Below, piece after piece: positions 27,978 to 42,060 of a stretch of DNA of 64,000 nt. The DNA comes from the human T2T-CHM13v2.0 reference genome, Homo sapiens, in assembly GCF_009914755.1 (NCBI RefSeq), contig NC_060934.1; one strand, written 5' to 3'. Each line of letters begins with the position of its first letter. Within the stretch, counting starts at the first letter, position 1. Made by a program: the position numbers and the translations under genes. The notes under the pieces are model-generated. The model had not been told where the DNA came from and ran no database searches. It worked only from the letters and a program-made list of their open reading frames with translations.

Positions 27978-28239
27978 ATCTTTGACAGGAGGGTGCTAGG
28001 CATAAGGGGCCAGAAGCCTACTGGCTTTTAATTCTCCTGTGAATGGAAAATATAATGTAAGTCAAATGACTATCCATATAGTATGAAGTCATAATACCAG
28101 ATGACTATCCATATAGTAACCCATGTATAATCCCTAAATCATAGTACTTGTTCCTTATCTATGCCTCTTTCTATTTGCCATTTTCTGTTCCTAAATATAA
28201 CTTTCCTATTTTTCACTTCTACTCCCACAGTCTACACAG

Positions 28240-28242
<3 letters not shown>

Positions 28243-28271
<29 letters not shown>
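28243..28271 (+). repeat. (CA)n
   Basis: Direct read. Confidence 0.95.
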
Positions 28272-28273
<2 letters not shown>

Positions 28274-28979
28274 CCCACTGTATATCAGTGTATAAAAACT
28301 AGACCTGTCTCATGATTGGTTGTGTTTACAAATATGTTCATATTTATAGTAATAAATTACTGAAAAATATGGGCATATATGAATTCAAAAAATAAAATGT
28401 TTAATATATAAAAGCATGTTCTGAATAGGTACAATTTATTATAGAAAGACTTTGGATGCTCTAACATTATGGAACTAATGTGGATAAGTTCTTTGGAAGT
28501 AAATACTAGACAAATATCTTGATTAAAGTAAAATTCAGGTAGCAATGTTAAAACTTTTCATAATGTAAACAGCTATGCAAAGCATGACTTTTGAATTTAT
28601 ATATAAAATACATTTTCAAAGACACAGATACTGCTATATTCATTTTGTGTATACTGAATGTTATTTCTGACATTCTTTTAGATTCTTGATAGTAAATAAA
28701 TGATATTTTGGAGAGTACTAAAGCTTATTTAAACATGATTTGATGTTCAATACAACTAACAAAATTGTAGTGGAACACAATGATATTATAAAAATGAAGC
28801 TTCATTTGGGAAAGCATTTCCCCAGGTGGGAATAAGGCATTTTCTATGACTAGTCTAAATAAAAGATTCACTTTTCCTTGCTTTATTTTGGGAGGGTGGA
28901 GGATGGTAGAAATGCAATTTCAAGTGAATGAGTGCATTCTATTTTTCCTGTTTTTTTTTTTTTACAAATGTTATAAAAT

Positions 28980-29024
28980 CACACACACACACACACACAC
29001 GCACACACGCACACACACACACAC
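28980..29024 (+). repeat. Interrupted (CA)n
   Basis: Direct read, two CG interruptions. Confidence 0.95.
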
Positions 29025-29900
29025 AGAGTATCTTCATCCATTTTTATGACTCCTTAGAGATAAAAGGGGTTGAGAAACATGGTTTGGATTTAGTTAATAT
29101 TTCCTAAATACCAAAGGAATACTGTTTTTCATAAAATAAGGGTGATACTTTCAAAACTGTGCTCAGAGAAAAATCAACTGACACATTTTTTAAAAGAAAA
29201 GAAAAAAAAGAAAAATTCAAAACCCTTTATTAGTTTAGAAAAGGACCGTTGTCAATACCCTGAGTTCTACCAAATTCAATTTTGGCTATTTAGTACAAAT
29301 CTGAAGGAGAATTTTTTTATGCTCATCAGTCAGGTCCAAATTCAAGGAGCCATTATCAAAGTTAGGAATTTAAACAACGCTGGAATTCAATAATGTGAAA
29401 ATACTACTGATTATTTTTATAGGAGTTTTATTCTGAAAAGTATGAAGTATTTATAAATAATATTTCAACATTCTTTTTTTTGAAAGATGGAAGGTGAAGT
29501 TAGTAACGGGTAAGTTATTATTTGAATCTCCTAGCATTCAGTCCAAGCTTTCAATACTTTAAACCTAATATGATGTCATTCTAAAACCCACGAGGAGTAA
29601 ATGTGATTTGTATTGTATTCTACATTCAGTATGAAGTGCACATTCATGATGTTGATAACCTTATATATTAGAACTATATCATCATTTCCTATAATATAAA
29701 CAAAGAAAATACTAAGGATATTAAATTGAATAAAAATAAAGAACATTTACATCTTGATGCTTAGGTAATGATAAAGATTATAAAATAATAAGAAATTCAT
29801 TGACTATTCCCAGCCATTTAATAGTAACATCACAATAGTTGAAGAATGAATGCATTGGTTTGCTAAGGACAATGTCCTTCAGCTCCATCCATGTTCCTGA

Positions 29901-30263
<363 letters not shown>

Positions 30264-30382
30264 CAACATTTTCTTTATCCAGTCTAGCATTGATGCTCAT
30301 TTAGGTTGATTCCATGTCTTTGCTATTGTGAACAGTGCTGTGACAAGCATACCTGTGCATGGTCTTTATAATGGAATGATTT

Positions 30383-30566
<184 letters not shown>

Positions 30567-30765
30567 TTATGTTCCTTTGGGTATATGCCCAGTAGTAGGA
30601 TTGCTAGATCAAATTATATTTTTGCTTTTGGGTCTTTGAGGAATCTCCATACTGTCTTCCACAATGGTTGAACTATTTTACACTCCCACCAACAGTGTGT
30701 AAGCATTCCTTTTTGTCCACAACCTTGCTAGCATCTGTTATTTTTTTGACTTTCTAATAATAGCC

Positions 30766-30931
30766 TGTATCAGTCCATTTTCACACTGCTATAAAGAACT
30801 ACTTGAGACTGGGTAATTTATGATGAAAAGAGGTTTAATTGACTCACAGTTCCACATGGCTGAGAGGCTTCAGGAAACTTATAATCATGGCAGAAGGCAA
30901 AGGGGAAGCAGGTACAGTCATCACATATCAG

Positions 30932-30974
<43 letters not shown>

Positions 30975-31159
30975 TAGGGGGGAAATGCCACACTTTAAAA
31001 CCATCAGATCTCATGAGAACACAGTCACTATCAGGAGAACAGCAAGGGGGAAAATCCACCCCCATGATCCAATCACCTCCCACCTGGCCTCTTCCTTGAC
31101 ATGTGGGGATTACAATTTGAGATAAGATTTCGGTGGGAACACAAAGCCAAACTATATGA
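30766..31159 (-). mobile_element. THE1D-like solo LTR with internal (GA)n
   Basis: tgtatcagtccatt...gccaaactatatga; TSD TAGCC; (GA)n at ~30935-30969. Confidence 0.88.
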
Positions 31160-31412
31160 TAGCCATTCTGACTGTTGTGAGATGGTGTCTCATGATGGTT
31201 TTGATTTGCATTTCTCTGATGATCAGTGATTTTGAGCTTTTTTTCATGTAATTGTTGGCCACATGTATGTCTTTTGAAAAGTGTTCATGTCCTTTGCCCA
31301 CTTTTTAGTGTGTTTTTTCCTTGTAAATTTGTTTAAAGAACCAATGTATTCTGCCATGTTAACAGAATATCACAGTTGGAATTTATACTTTACAATACAA
31401 GCATGTTTTGTA

Positions 31413-31743
<331 letters not shown>

Positions 31744-32563
31744 TAATTTACTTTTATTAATGTAAATGTTATGACATGTATGATATGCTATTTTGGAATC
31801 TCATTTGAGTTAGAGGTCTTTATCTTAATGCCTCTCTTAATGCTATGAAAACAAAGCATTTTTTATAACTAAGAAGACAGAGCCTCCTTTTGACCGTGTC
31901 TTTGCTACTATCCTGTACTTGGCTGTCCTTTCTGTTGTAAATTAAAATAGATGAAGGCTGTCGAGCCAAGCCAATGATGGAGGCTAATTTAATGCGATAT
32001 AATTGATGAACTCTAAATTGTTCCACTTTTCCCTTTTGAAACACACTAAGTAGAGCTTAAAATGCCAGATAGAGTATTTTGATTTATGCTCTTTGTCACA
32101 TTAATACTGAAAAACTCATTGTAGTGATAGAGAAATGGGAATTAACCCTTTATAGATACTTTCATAGTTTCTGTATATTTGGCTGTACAACAATCAGAGA
32201 AATGGACCCAGTTTAAATATACTACCAGAATAACCATTAAATAATAATAAGAAGAAATGTAATGAAGAGGCTACTAATTTAATGCTCATGGAACTAGTTA
32301 AATGATATGAAAACAAACAACTCTAACAGAAAAAAAATCAAATTAAGTCCAAGTAAAATACTGGATTTATATCCACATGATTTTTGTGAATTTTGCTAAA
32401 TCTGATGCCCTTGAACCAGAATACATGGAGAATTTACAAATAAGGACAGGGGAAATCATGAAGGCATTTTAAGATGATGAATTTTCTTAACATGTGGCAT
32501 ACTGATAGAGTTCAGTTGAACATAAAGTTGCTACAGTTGTTGCTAGTGTCAAGAAGAAATGTG

Positions 32564-32944
<381 letters not shown>

Positions 32945-32949
32945 TTATT

Positions 32950-33703
32950 AAATTTTAGTAATATTTAAAAGTTAACAAAGTAGCCAGATAAACTAAATAC
33001 ACTAAAGGAAATTTCATATTTATATACACCAGCAACAAATAGTAAATATGATTTTTTTAATCTATATTAGCAACAAAAATGGCTATTTAGGAATAATTTT
33101 AACAGATGCTCAAGATTGTTATGTAGAAAATTATGAAGTCATAAAATTGTAAAGTTTTATAAAGCTTTGTTGAGAGGGATTAATGATGACTCAACCAAAT
33201 GGAGAGGAATAGCAACTTTATGGATAAAAAGATCTAGTAAAGTCATCAATTCTACTGAATCTAAGAAGATTCAGTGTAGTAAAGTTATCAAATTGATCTA
33301 TAGATTTAATAAAATTCCCATTGCAACATGTTTTTATAAAACATGAAAGATAGTTCTAAAATTTACATGGAAAAGCAAAGTATCAAGAATATCCAAGACA
33401 CTCTTGACCAGGAAGTATAAGATTAGATGACTTGCCTTTCAAGATACCCAGTTTTGTTTTGTTTTTTAATAAAACTAGAGTAATTAAGAAATGTGATTTT
33501 TTGCGTAAGGATAGGCAATTAGATCAAGAGAACAGAATAAAGAGTTCAACAACAAACTCACATAGAATTAAAAACTTGATATGTGTCACTGCAAATTATT
33601 GGGAGTAAAATGAATAAATGAGAGCTTCACACAGAAACATAAATGGATGTTAGAAACATAAGCTGAAGTGAAAAAAGCAAGATATAAAGGACCATTCACA
33701 GTC
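32950..33703 (+). mobile_element. Old L1ME-type ORF2 fragment (host; resumes ~37523-37700)
   Basis: ttctaaaatttacatggaaaagcaaag...agatcaagagaacagaataaagagt. Confidence 0.65.
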
Positions 33704-33713
33704 AGAGAACATT

Positions 33714-34739
33714 TATTTGTTTGTTTATTTATTTATTTATCATTTATTATTTTAAATAATTGCAGCTTTTATTTTAGATTCAAGGATACATATGCAGGTT
33801 TCTTACATGGGTACATTACGTGACTGAGGTTTGGGATACCATTGACCCCGTCATCGAAGTAGTGAGCATAGTACCCCATAGTTACTTTCTCAGCCCTTTC
33901 CTCCTGCTCTCTCATCTCTAGTAGCCTCCTCTGTCTGTTGCTGTCATCATTATGTCCATGAGTGCTCAGTGTTTAACTCCCACTTTTAAATGAGACCATG
34001 TGGTATTTGGTTTTCTGTTCCTATGTTAATTTGCTTAGGATAACGGCCTTCAGCTACATCCATGTTGCTGCAAAGGACAAGATTTCATTCATTTTTATGG
34101 CTATGTAGAATTCCATGGTGTATATGTACCACATTTTCTTTATTCATCTGTCATTGATGGACACTTAAGTTGACTCAATGTCTTTACCATTGTGAATTGT
34201 ACTGGAATAAAAATACAAATGTGTGTGCCTTTTTTGGTTAAATGATTTATTTCTTTTGGATATATACCCAGTAATGGGATTGCTGGGTCAAATTGTAGTT
34301 CTGTTTTAAGTTCTTTGAGAAATCTTCAAACTGCTTTCCACAGTGGCTGAGCTAATTTACACTCCCACCAACACTGTGTAAGTGTTTCTTTTTCTCTGCA
34401 GCCTCACCAGCATCTACTGTTGTTTGACTTTTTAAAAATATGCATTCTGGCTGGTGTGAGATGGTATCTCATTGTGGTTTTGTGGTTTTGATTTCCATTT
34501 CTCTGATGGTGAGTGATATGAAGCATTTTTTCATATGTATTTTAGCCACTTATATGTCTTCTTTTGAGAAGTGTCTGTTCATGTCTTTTGCCCACTTTTT
34601 ACTGGGGTTATTTGACTTTTGCTTGTTGAATTGTTTAAATTCCTTGTAGATTCTGCATATTAGACCTTTATTGGCTGCATAGCTTGTGAATATTTTCTCC
34701 CATGCTGTATGTTGTCTGTTATACTTTGTTGATAGTTTC
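33714..34739 (-). mobile_element. L1PA15/16-like 3' segment of a 5'-inverted L1
   Basis: (TTTA)n tail then ttttagattcaaggatacatatgcagg...ttgatagtttc. Confidence 0.88.
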
Positions 34740-37515
34740 AGGCTTTAAACCAATAACAGTAAAGAAGGACAAAGAAGGGCATTATATATTGATAAAGAGT
34801 TCAATTCAACAAAAAGACTTAACTATTCTAAATATATATGCACTCAACGTTGGAGCACCCAGAATTATAAAACAAGTCCTTCTAGACCTATGAAAATACA
34901 CAGACAGCTACACAATAATAGAGGGGAAGTGCAACACCCCACTAACAGCATTAGATAGATCATCAAGGCAGAAGACTAACAAAGAATTTCTGGGCTTAAA
35001 TTCTATGCTTGACCATTTGGACCTAAAAGATATCTATAGAAAACTACACCTGTTAACCACAGAATATACATTCTTCTCATCTGCACATGAAACATACTCT
35101 AAGATCAACCCCATGCTTGGTCATAAAACAAGTCTCAATAAATTTTTGAAATTGAAAATATAACAACCATACCCTCAATCCACATTGGAATAAAAGTAGA
35201 AATCAATACCAATAAGATCTCTCAAAACCACACAATTACATGGAAATTTAAAAACCTGCCCTTGAATTGACTTTTGGATAAACAACAAAATTAAGGCAGG
35301 AATCAAAAAATTATTGGAAATAAGTGAAAATATAGATACAACATACCAAAATTTCTGGGATGCAGCAAAAGCAGTATTCAGAGGAAGCTTATAGTGCTAA
35401 ACACCTACCTCAAAAAATTAGAAAGATGTCAATTTAATTATCTAACATCACAGCTAGAGGAACTAGAAAAACAAAAACTAACCCCAATGCTAAAGAAGAA
35501 AAGAAATAACTGAAATCAGAGCATAGCTGAATAAAGTTGAGACACAAAAATCCATACAAAGAATCAACAAAACCAAAAGTTGGTTATTTGGAAGTATAAA
35601 TAAGATTGATAGACTGCTAGGTAGATTAGCAAACAAACTGAAGAAGATCCAAATAACCAAAATCAGAAATATCAAAGATGATATTACAGCCAATCCTGCG
35701 AAAATATAAAAGTTCTTCAGAGAATATTATGAGTACTTCTGTGCACACAAATTATAAAATCTAGAGAAAATTGATAAATTTCTAGAAACACACAATTTCC
35801 CCAAGATTGTATCAGGAAGAAATGAAATCCTGAACAGACCAATATTGAGTTCTAAAACTGAATCAGTAGTAAAAACCTACCAACCAAAAAAAGCCCTGGG
35901 CCAGATTGATTCACAGCTGAATTCTACTAGACATACAAAGGAGAGCTGGTATTCATTCTACTGAAACTATTCCAAAAAATACAGCAGGAGAGACTCTTCC
36001 CTAAGCATTCTATGAAGCCAGCATCACCCTGATACCAAAACCTGGAAAAGACACAACAAAAAAAGAAAGTTATGCAAAAGTCCTCAACAAAATACTAGCA
36101 AATTGAATCCAGCAGCACGTCAAAAAGTTAATTCACCACGATTGAGTAGCTACATTCCTGGCATGTAAGGTTGGTTCAACATATGCAAATAAATAAATGT
36201 GATTCAACACATAAACAGAATGAAAAACAAAAAGTTTATGATCATCTCAATAGACACCAAAAAGTTTTCAATAAAATCCAACATCCCTTCATGATAAAAA
36301 TCCTGAAAAAACTAGTCATCAAAGGAATGTACCTCAAAATAATAAGAGCCATCTTTGACAAACCCACAGCCAACATAATACTGAATGGGCAAAAGCTGGA
36401 AGCTTTTCCCTTGATAATTGGAATAAGACAAGGATGCTCACTTTCACTATTCCTATTCAACATAGTTCTGGAAGTCCTAGTCAGAGCAATCAGGCAAGGA
36501 AAAGAAAAGGCATCTAAATAGTAAAAGAATAAGTCAAATTATCTCGCTTTGCTGATGATATAATTCTATACTTAGGAAACACTAATGACTCTATACTTAG
36601 AAAACACTAAAGACTCCACCAAAATTCTCCTGGAACTAATCAACAACTTCAGCGAGGTTTTAGGATACAAAATCAATGTACACAAATCAGCAGGATTTCT
36701 ATACACCAATAACATTCAAGCTGAGAACCAAACCAAGAATACAATCTCATTTACAATAGTCACACAAAAAATAAAATACCTAGGAATCCATCTAACCAAG
36801 GAGGTGAAAGATCTCTACAAGGAGAACTACAAAACACTGCTGAAAGAAGTCATAGATGACTAATGAAAAACATTCTGTACTCATGGATTGGAAGAATCAA
36901 TATCTACTGCCCAAAATAATCTACAGATTCAACACTATTCCTATCAAACTACCAAAGTCATTTTTCACAGAATTAGAAAAAGCTATTGTAGATTTCCTAT
37001 GGAACCAAAAAGAAAAAAAAGCCCAAATAGGCAAGGCAATACTAAGCAAAAAGAACAAACTATAGACTTCAAACTATACTACAAGAGTACAGTAATCAAA
37101 ACAGATGGTACTGGTACAAAGACAGACACATAGACCAGTGGAACAAGATAGAGATCGCAGAAGTAAAGCCACACACTTATGGCCCTGTGGTCTTTGACAG
37201 AGTCAAAAAAAATAAGCAATGAATAAATGACTCCCTATTCAATAAATGGTGCTGGCATAGCTGGCTAACCATATGCAGAAGAATGAAACTGGACCCCTAC
37301 CTTTCACCATATACAAAAATTAATGCAAGATGAATTAAAGATTTAAATGTAAGACCTCAAACTATAAGAATCCTAGAAGACAACATAGGAAACACCATTC
37401 TGGACACTGACCTTGGGAAAGAATTTATAACTAAGTCTTCAAAAGCGATTGCAACAAAAACAAAAATTGACAAGTCAGATCTAATTAAACTAAAGAGCTT
37501 CTGCACAGCAAAAGA
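34739..37515 (+). mobile_element. Inverted ORF2 segment (partial EN, RT) of the same L1; frameshifted and dead
   Basis: ORF-track peptides [59 protein letters not shown] match L1 ORF2p. Confidence 0.93.
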
Positions 37516-38177
37516 GAACATTGTTATAAATATCAAAAAGTACCAAAACTACTTATGACAGTGGTTACCTCTGGAGTGATAAGCAGGGAGATAAAATAGG
37601 GAAGTAGCACATAGGTTGATGGATGATCTAGTAACATTCTGGTTTTTAGGTTGAGTGGTGAGTTCATGGATGTTCATTATCTTATGTTTTTAATTTAATA
37701 AATGCATGTAACATGCATTAACTTAATATACAAACATATATGTAGATAATATATAAACATATAATCTTTTGTATATTTAAAAATATATTTAAAACAAACA
37801 TATTAAAGAAATGAAAGAAAGAAAACCAGAATGCTCTATAAAAATAGAATAGTTTGGGGGAATTTTCTTTCCAAATATCAAAATTTACTGTGGAGCTTTC
37901 TGAAGGATAAATCCTTTATGGAACTGAATAGAAAGTCTAGATTTAGGCCTCTTATCAAATATATGGAAATTTGATCTACGGCTTGATTTTCAAGTCAGTG
38001 GGAAAATGATAGAATATTTAATTAATGATGGTGGGACAACTGACTGTGGAAAAAAATGAAATAGAATCCCAATTTGCACATGCACAAAAATGAATCCCAG
38101 ATTTATTAAAGACAGTCAGTTTTCACTTAAAAGGAAGAAAATTTTTAAACTTGAAAAAGTATAGGAGAATATTTGAG

Positions 38178-38566
38178 ACAACAGAAATGTATTCTTTTAC
38201 GATTCTGGAGGCTATAAGTCTAAGATCAAAATATCAGTAGGGTTGTTTCCTTCTGAGAGCTGTGTGTGCCTCTTCCTAGCTTCTGGTGGGTTGCTGGCAA
38301 TATTTGACATTTCTTGACTTGTAAGTGCATCCCTTTGATCTTTGCCTTCTTCATATGGCATTCTCCCTATGTCTCTGTCTCTCTACATTGAATTGTCTTT
38401 ATAAGGAAACTGGTCATCTTGAATTAGGGGGCCCACCCCATTTTATTGTGACATATTAACTAATTACATCTGCAATGGCCCTATTTCCAAATAAGGCCCC
38501 ACTCTGACATACGAGGGTTTAGGACTTTAACATTACCTTTTTGGGGAGACATATTTTCAACCCATG
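38178..38566 (-). mobile_element. MLT1C-like LTR
   Basis: ttctggaggctataagtctaagatcaa...ttaactaattacatctgcaatggccctatttccaaataagg. Confidence 0.85.
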
Positions 38567-39632
38567 TAATTGTTATTTTTAAATTGTATATATGAGTTAT
38601 ATGTACTATTTTCAGGATACATTTAATAATTTTATTTTTAGGAAAAATATTAAGCAGAATAAATATGAACAATAACTATTTTGTTCCTTAAACTAAAATT
38701 TTTAAGCTAAAAAATGAAAGCTAACACACCTAGGTTCGCCATCCCTATAGAATACTTTTTGTGATATGGGGTATACGGTCTTGCCTACCTGTCTAGCTTC
38801 ATTCCCACCACATTTTCTTATATTCTAAAGAAAGCAAAATATTGACTGTTCTATGCTATTTTATAGAAATATTGGTGTCTTTCCATTTCCTATTATAGTC
38901 TTTCTGCTTATTATATCCTCATCTTTCTTCTTCTATCTCTTTCTCCTCCTTTCTTCTTCCATAACCCTCTTCTCTTTCTCTTTCTTCTCCTAGTTAACTC
39001 CTTCTTCTCCTTCACGTTTCATGTGGAAGCCTTCCCGGCCCCACTCTCCAGTCACTCTCATATGAGACAGCCCTCCTCTTTTGCTTCCATGGCTGCATGT
39101 GGATTTCTCTTTCATTGCTTATTTGATTTATGTGTACTGAAGACAGAGAATCTCAATGCCTAGGATGATCCCCGAAATCTGATCTGTACTCAGTAAATGT
39201 TAATTGAACCAAACCAATGATGTTAAATATCTCGTTTATGTTTCATCTATACCTATGACCTTGGCCGTCAGATTGCCTGCTTCCTCTGGATCCTGAGAAC
39301 TAAAAATACTGTCTGTATGCTTCTATTTTTCAAGCACAAGTACACATTATAGTGATTCAAATACTAATGGATATTTTAGCATTACATCTAGAAATTTTCT
39401 TCACTTCCCAGAAAATAAGATTGGTTAAAATAATAGAGGTATTGATTTTAAAAAGCAGGGAATATGCTGTATATTTATTACTTCTCAGACCAGTGATATT
39501 TCTTCATTTTTTTATACTTAGTGAATTTTATCTCAAGCCTCATTTTACTCTAAATCTGTTCTCTACTACAGGATAGCTCCTTGCTTTGGTTAATATTTAA
39601 CTTTTTAAAATATATCACATTACCTTGGTGAG

Positions 39633-39782
39633 TAAAATATGCATGTACTATAAGATTACCATCACTATAAAATTATGCAGGTACTATAAGATTACTGTCT
39701 TTTACTGTAAGATTACTGTACTATAGATTACTGTAAGATCACTGTCATAATAAAATATGCATGTCCTATAAGATTACTGTCT
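39633..39782 (+). repeat. Irregular minisatellite (core actataagattactgt)
   Basis: Six copies of (a)agat(t/c)ac, three preceded by aaa(t)tatgca-like leaders. Confidence 0.85.
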
Positions 39783-40079
39783 CCCAAAGATTTCAGATTT
39801 GTAGAGTAAAATGCTTTCACTATTCTTTTCCTTTGAATTACCAGATCAGACCACAGGGATTATGCAGAAAGTAGTTTATTTTTGTGCGTTGTGTTTGGTT
39901 TCTTTCTAAACAATCTAAACAACTTTTTCTAGGCTTAAAAAATTAGTTTGTGTGCTAATGCATTACTTATTGACAGACATGGTCATATTTAGTATCTAAT
40001 TAGTGGACAGAGTTAATTTTTTCACACTTCTTACATTTTCTTACATCATCCCAGCCTCAGGCCGTCTTCCACTTAGCTG

Positions 40080-40572
40080 TCATATTAGTTCCCTGTGGCT
40101 AGTACAACACAATTACTGTAAACTCAATGACTTAAAACAATTTATTCCCTTGCAGTTCTGAAGATCAGAAGTCTGAAATTAGTCCTACCCTGCTGAAATC
40201 AAGGTCTCTGTAGCCAAGCCCCTGCTAGAGGCTGTAGGGGAGAATCCATGTTCTTGCCTTTTTTAGTTTCTAAAACTGCATTTCTTGCATTCCTTGGCTC
40301 CTGGCCCTTGTCAAAACCAGTACTATCACATCTTACTTTAGTGGTCACATTACCTTGACTTCTTCTCTAGTTAAATCTCCCTATACTTCTGTTATAAGAG
40401 CACTATGATTACAGTTAGGGCCCCTCAGGATGATCCAGGAAAAAATCCCCATCTTAAGACTTAATTTAATCACATCTGCAAAGTCTCTTTTGCCATATAA
40501 GGAAACTTGCACAGATTCTAGAGATTAGGACCTGGAGATTTTTGGGGGGTGGGCATTATTCAGCCCACCACA
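40080..40572 (-). mobile_element. MLT1D/E-like LTR
   Basis: cagttctgaagatcagaagtctgaaat...aatcacatctgcaaagtc...cattattcagcccaccaca. Confidence 0.85.
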
Positions 40573-40731
40573 GCTACTATCTGACCAAATCACATAGCGC
40601 ACTTTTATCTGCCACAGCTTTAATTTCCCCCATGAATTTATTTAATACCAATGTTGTCTTCCATTTTTACACCCATTTCAAAACTCTGAAATAGAAATAG
40701 GTTAAGTGCAGACATCCGACTTGTATCACAC

Positions 40732-40750
40732 TGACCACCAGATGGCAAAC
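40732..40750 (+). promoter_or_regulatory. Candidate CTCF motif
   Basis: TGACCACCAGATGGCAAAC fits CCASYAGRKGGCR. Confidence 0.5.
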
Positions 40751-41699
40751 TTTGTCATTATATTTTTAGGCCTAATCTGAATTAATTTGACAGCCTGAGT
40801 AGTTAAATATGCCAATTTAAAGTCATGTATAGTGCCATGCAGTTTAGATCAACTGAAGTTTTATCACACTAGATCATTTTTTATGAGAACAGCTACACAT
40901 AATCAGATATTAATTTGAGCTACTTTAATGGCTTCTGAAAAAGATTACTTCCTTATCTAGCTAACGTCAACAACTAAGCATGCTTCTATTTCACAGAAAA
41001 TTCTTCCAGTGCAGTCTCTCTTAGTTTTTGAGTAATTTCTTACAAATTCTAAATTTAATTGATATGATTAATTATTAATCTCAATTTTAATTACTTATAT
41101 ACAGGATTTTTCCTAGAACTTGTTTCATTAATGAATTCAACTCAGGCAGGTACTAATCCGTGTCGCTTTTATCCTGTAGTATCACATAATATATAATAAA
41201 AATAATGGTTACAAATAAGGCAGCTTTCTAAAATAGCAAAAATTATTATTGTTCTACTGTTTTCCAAAATCATTGCACTCTTATCGTATCAGTCTAAACA
41301 ATTCAGATACATCAAAATAACAGCTAATATTCTTCTTCTTTCCCTCTTACAGAAACTTTTATAGAAAAGTTCAGAAAATGTATATTTAAGTAAGTTAAAA
41401 TTCATGTTCTAAAGATAACACTTTTTGTATTTCCCAGGCATAAAGATATAGGTATAGATATGGATATCAATGATATGGAAATATAATTGGGATGATTCGT
41501 ACAGTGAGTTTTTTCTTCTTTTGAACCTCATTCACAATATCATATTAAGTTTATTGGCCCTCCCCTATTCCATCTCCCCGTATCCCCCAAGCCAAAGTAA
41601 ACATTATTCCAAATCTTATTTGTATTTTATATATATGTGTGATTATATATGTATGTGCATTTACCTATACATATATATACACATTAATTTATTCTGAGT

Positions 41700-42060
41700 T
41701 TTCATATAAAGTTATATTCTTAACATTTTCCAATGTTATTAAGATTCCTTGAAAAATTTTTAATGGTCATATGATATTTTACCTTTTTGGTATTCCAGTT
41801 TAACCAAATAGACCAAATTGTCTCCAATTTTTCACTATGATAAATGACACTTTCATAGAAACTTATAAATCTTGCTTATATCTCTCATTATGTATTTCAT
41901 TAATATAGAATCTTAGCGGTGGAATTACTAGGTCAGAGGATATGTGGACTTTTGATGTTTTTGATATCTGTTGGCAAATAGCTTTCCAGAAGGGCCAAAC
42001 CAGTGGCATTCTCTTAATACTCTTGCCAAAGTGCTTCATTAATTTAATTTTTGCCAATTA
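41700..42060 (-). mobile_element. Old L1ME 3' fragment
   Basis: tgtctccaatttttcactat...gtggaattactaggtcagagg. Confidence 0.6.

Noticed and set aside
34702-37133. ORFs resembling endonuclease/reverse transcriptase
   Set aside because: Fragments of a dead L1 ORF2 with stops and frameshifts; the first ORF is a chimera across the inversion junction
39633-39782. CRISPR-like array
   Set aside because: Eukaryotic intron; units are irregular with no unique constant-length spacers and no cas genes
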